24,000 nucleotides of DNA from Haloplanus salinus. Its GTDB lineage: Archaea > Halobacteriota > Halobacteria > Halobacteriales > Haloferacaceae. Positions 22,799 through 24,000 of the stretch are shown piece by piece; positions within the stretch are counted from its first letter, which is position 1; every line of letters starts with the position of its first letter. The stretch is from positions 1,964,113-1,988,112 of the forward strand of contig NZ_QPHM01000001.1 of assembly GCF_003336245.1 (NCBI RefSeq), read 5' to 3'. Under the pieces are notes generated by a model. The model was given only the letters and a program-made list of their open reading frames with translations, was not told the DNA's origin and made no database searches. The position numbers and the translations under genes were made by a program.

Positions 22799-23452
22799 TC
22801 AGTCGCTCGCCGGCGCCCACACGGCCCGGAGTTCGTCGAACGACCGCACGCGGTAGTCGCCGAGGACACAGCGTCCCCGACGGCCCGGGCCGTGTCGCTC
22901 GACGTGGACGCCGTCGAGGCCGGCGTTCCACGCCGCGCCGATGTCGTTCGGGCCGTCGCCGGCGAGGACGCCGTCGGCGGCCGTCTCGACGCCGAGATCC
23001 GCCATCGCCAGGTACACCGGTGCCGGGTCGGGCTTCCAGCCCACGTCGTGGGTACAGGAGACGACCGTGTCGAACCAGTCGCGGATGTCCAGCCGGTCGA
23101 GCACCGGCTCCATCAGATACTCCTGACAGTGGGTGACCAGTCCGACCGGGCGGTCGAGTTCGGCCACGAAGTCCGCGTCGTCGTGGAGGAACGTCGACTC
23201 CGCGCGGGCCTCGGGGTCCTCGGCCTCGTGGAGGGCGGCCCAGAACGCCTCGGGGTCGATGCCCCACTCCCGGAGCTGGGGCGTACGCTCCCCCGACAGC
23301 CCGTGCCAGAGAACCTCGACCTCCCGGTCCGAGAACGACCGGCCGAGCCGGTCGCCGACGCGGTCGAACACCGCGTCCGCGTAGTCGGGGTCCACGTCCA
23401 CGAGCGTCCCGTCGAGGTCGAACAGCCAGAAGTCGTAGGCGTGTGCGACCAT
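22799..23452 (-). CDS. HAD-superfamily hydrolase
   Basis: Motif I is FDLDGTLVD, the motif II context is VGLVTHC, and motif III/IV is KPDP ... AGDGPNDIGAAWNAG. ATG 23450-23452; the track extension to 23575 is Arg-rich. Confidence 0.85.
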   Translation of the reverse strand: MVAHAYDFWLFDLDGTLVDVDPDYADAVFDRVGDRLGRSFSDREVEVLWHGLSGERTPQLREWGIDPEAFWAALHEAEDPEARAESTFLHDDADFVAELDRPVGLVTHCQEYLMEPVLDRLDIRDWFDTVVSCTHDVGWKPDPAPVYLAMADLGVETAADGVLAGDGPNDIGAAWNAGLDGVHVERHGPGRRGRCVLGDYRVRSFDELRAVWAPASD

Positions 23453-23495
23453 CCGGTACCGGCTACGCCGGGCGCGGACAAGTGCCTTCCGCCCC

Positions 23496-23852
23496 TCACT
23501 CGACCCGGATCGAACTCCCGAGATGCGCGTGCAGAACCGCCCGCGGCGAATCGTCGAACTCGGACGAGGCCGCAATCGCCTCCCGGAGCGCGTCGAGGGA
23601 CGCCTCGTCGACCCGGAGTTCGCTGAACGACACCGACTCGACCGGGACGCCGAGCCAGTCCGTCGCCAGCGACCGCAGGTGTCGCTCGTCGTTCACCTCG
23701 CCCCGCCACAGTTCGTCCCGGAAAAACAGCCAGCCCGCCGTCCCCGGTTCGACGGCGGGTTTCGTCACCACCGTCTCGAACCGCCCGGGATCGACGTCGA
23801 CGCCAGCCGTGTCGAGGCCGAACGTCACCCGGAAGACGTACGCGGCGGTCAT
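23496..23852 (-). CDS. haloarchaeal small conserved protein (resembles the 'LWR-salt' family), function unknown
   Basis: 118 aa and acidic, with the motif WLFFRDELWRGE. The ATG overlaps the stop of the upstream dehydratase gene (ATGA at 23849-23852). The family name is recalled from RefSeq annotation and not verified. Confidence 0.7.
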   Translation of the reverse strand: MTAAYVFRVTFGLDTAGVDVDPGRFETVVTKPAVEPGTAGWLFFRDELWRGEVNDERHLRSLATDWLGVPVESVSFSELRVDEASLDALREAIAASSEFDDSPRAVLHAHLGSSIRVE

Positions 23853-24000
23853 CGGCGTTCGTCGTCGAACAGGTTCGCCAGCCGAAGGTCCGTGTCGGTG
23901 ATGCCGCCCGCTTCGTGGCTCGTCAGCCGCACCTCAACCTCGTCGTAGCGGATTCGAATCTCGGGGTGGTGGAACTCCTCGTCGGCGACTTCGCCGACGC
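23849..24000 (-). CDS. 4a-hydroxytetrahydrobiopterin (pterin-4a-carbinolamine) dehydratase, C-terminal part (partial)
   Basis: The translation ...VGEVADEEFHHPEIRIRYDEVEVRLTSHEAGGITDTDLRLANLFDDERR* contains the PCD/DCoH HHPE...V.V.L.TH core. The start lies beyond the window. Confidence 0.8.
   Translation of the reverse strand, partial: VGEVADEEFHHPEIRIRYDEVEVRLTSHEAGGITDTDLRLANLFDDERR

Noticed and set aside
1-24000. A scan for CRISPR repeats, IS elements with terminal inverted repeats, integrases, prophage genes, or a compositional island.
   Set aside because: I saw no regularly spaced direct repeats and no transposase-like or integrase-like ORFs. The only marked AT-rich patch (about 9590-10110) is explained by the csp promoter, UTR and terminator regions. 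The window reads as core chromosome, except possibly for the GIY-YIG-like locus.

Overview
This window is a very GC-rich, densely coding chromosomal segment. The acidic proteomes, the gene families and the TATA boxes 25-30 nt upstream of start codons (leaderless-type promoters) point to a haloarchaeon (class Halobacteria). All family calls come from motifs I recognise by eye; no searches were run.

I support 25 protein-coding genes, two of them truncated by the window edges:
- Osmotic and stress genes: UspA, an RCK-type K+ channel, a BCCT transporter, a cold-shock protein, a 6-TM voltage-sensor K+ channel, and Hsp20 with an ABC1 kinase.
- An rdfA-sph3 (SMC-like) cell-shape module, followed by a small membrane protein.
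- A membrane-fused spermidine-synthase-fold protein and an enolase-superfamily enzyme.
- An orphan GIY-YIG-like protein and an ArsA/Get3-type ATPase.
- A translation-factor hypusination cluster: aIF5A, agmatinase, NIF3, deoxyhypusine synthase.
- Two moeA genes, a REC-HalOD1 response regulator, and a PCD / LWR-salt / HAD operon.

I found no rRNA, tRNA, CRISPR array, transposase or integrase. The long ORFs on the opposite strand of these genes are mirror-frame artefacts of high GC.

Nothing here is clearly a new multi-gene system. The observations most worth follow-up are:
- The rdfA-sph3 pair with its intercistronic palindrome and adjacent micro-membrane gene.
- The NIF3 gene embedded in the aIF5A modification cluster, next to a 388-bp unannotated gap with coding-like codon bias.
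- The orphan GIY-YIG-like gene next to a 434-bp high-GC stretch with no intact ORF.
- A perfect 15-bp hairpin that buries the GGAGG motif and ATG of the second moeA.
- A Kv-type channel with a C-terminal four-cysteine zinc ribbon.
- The stop/start-coupled PCD and LWR-salt genes.
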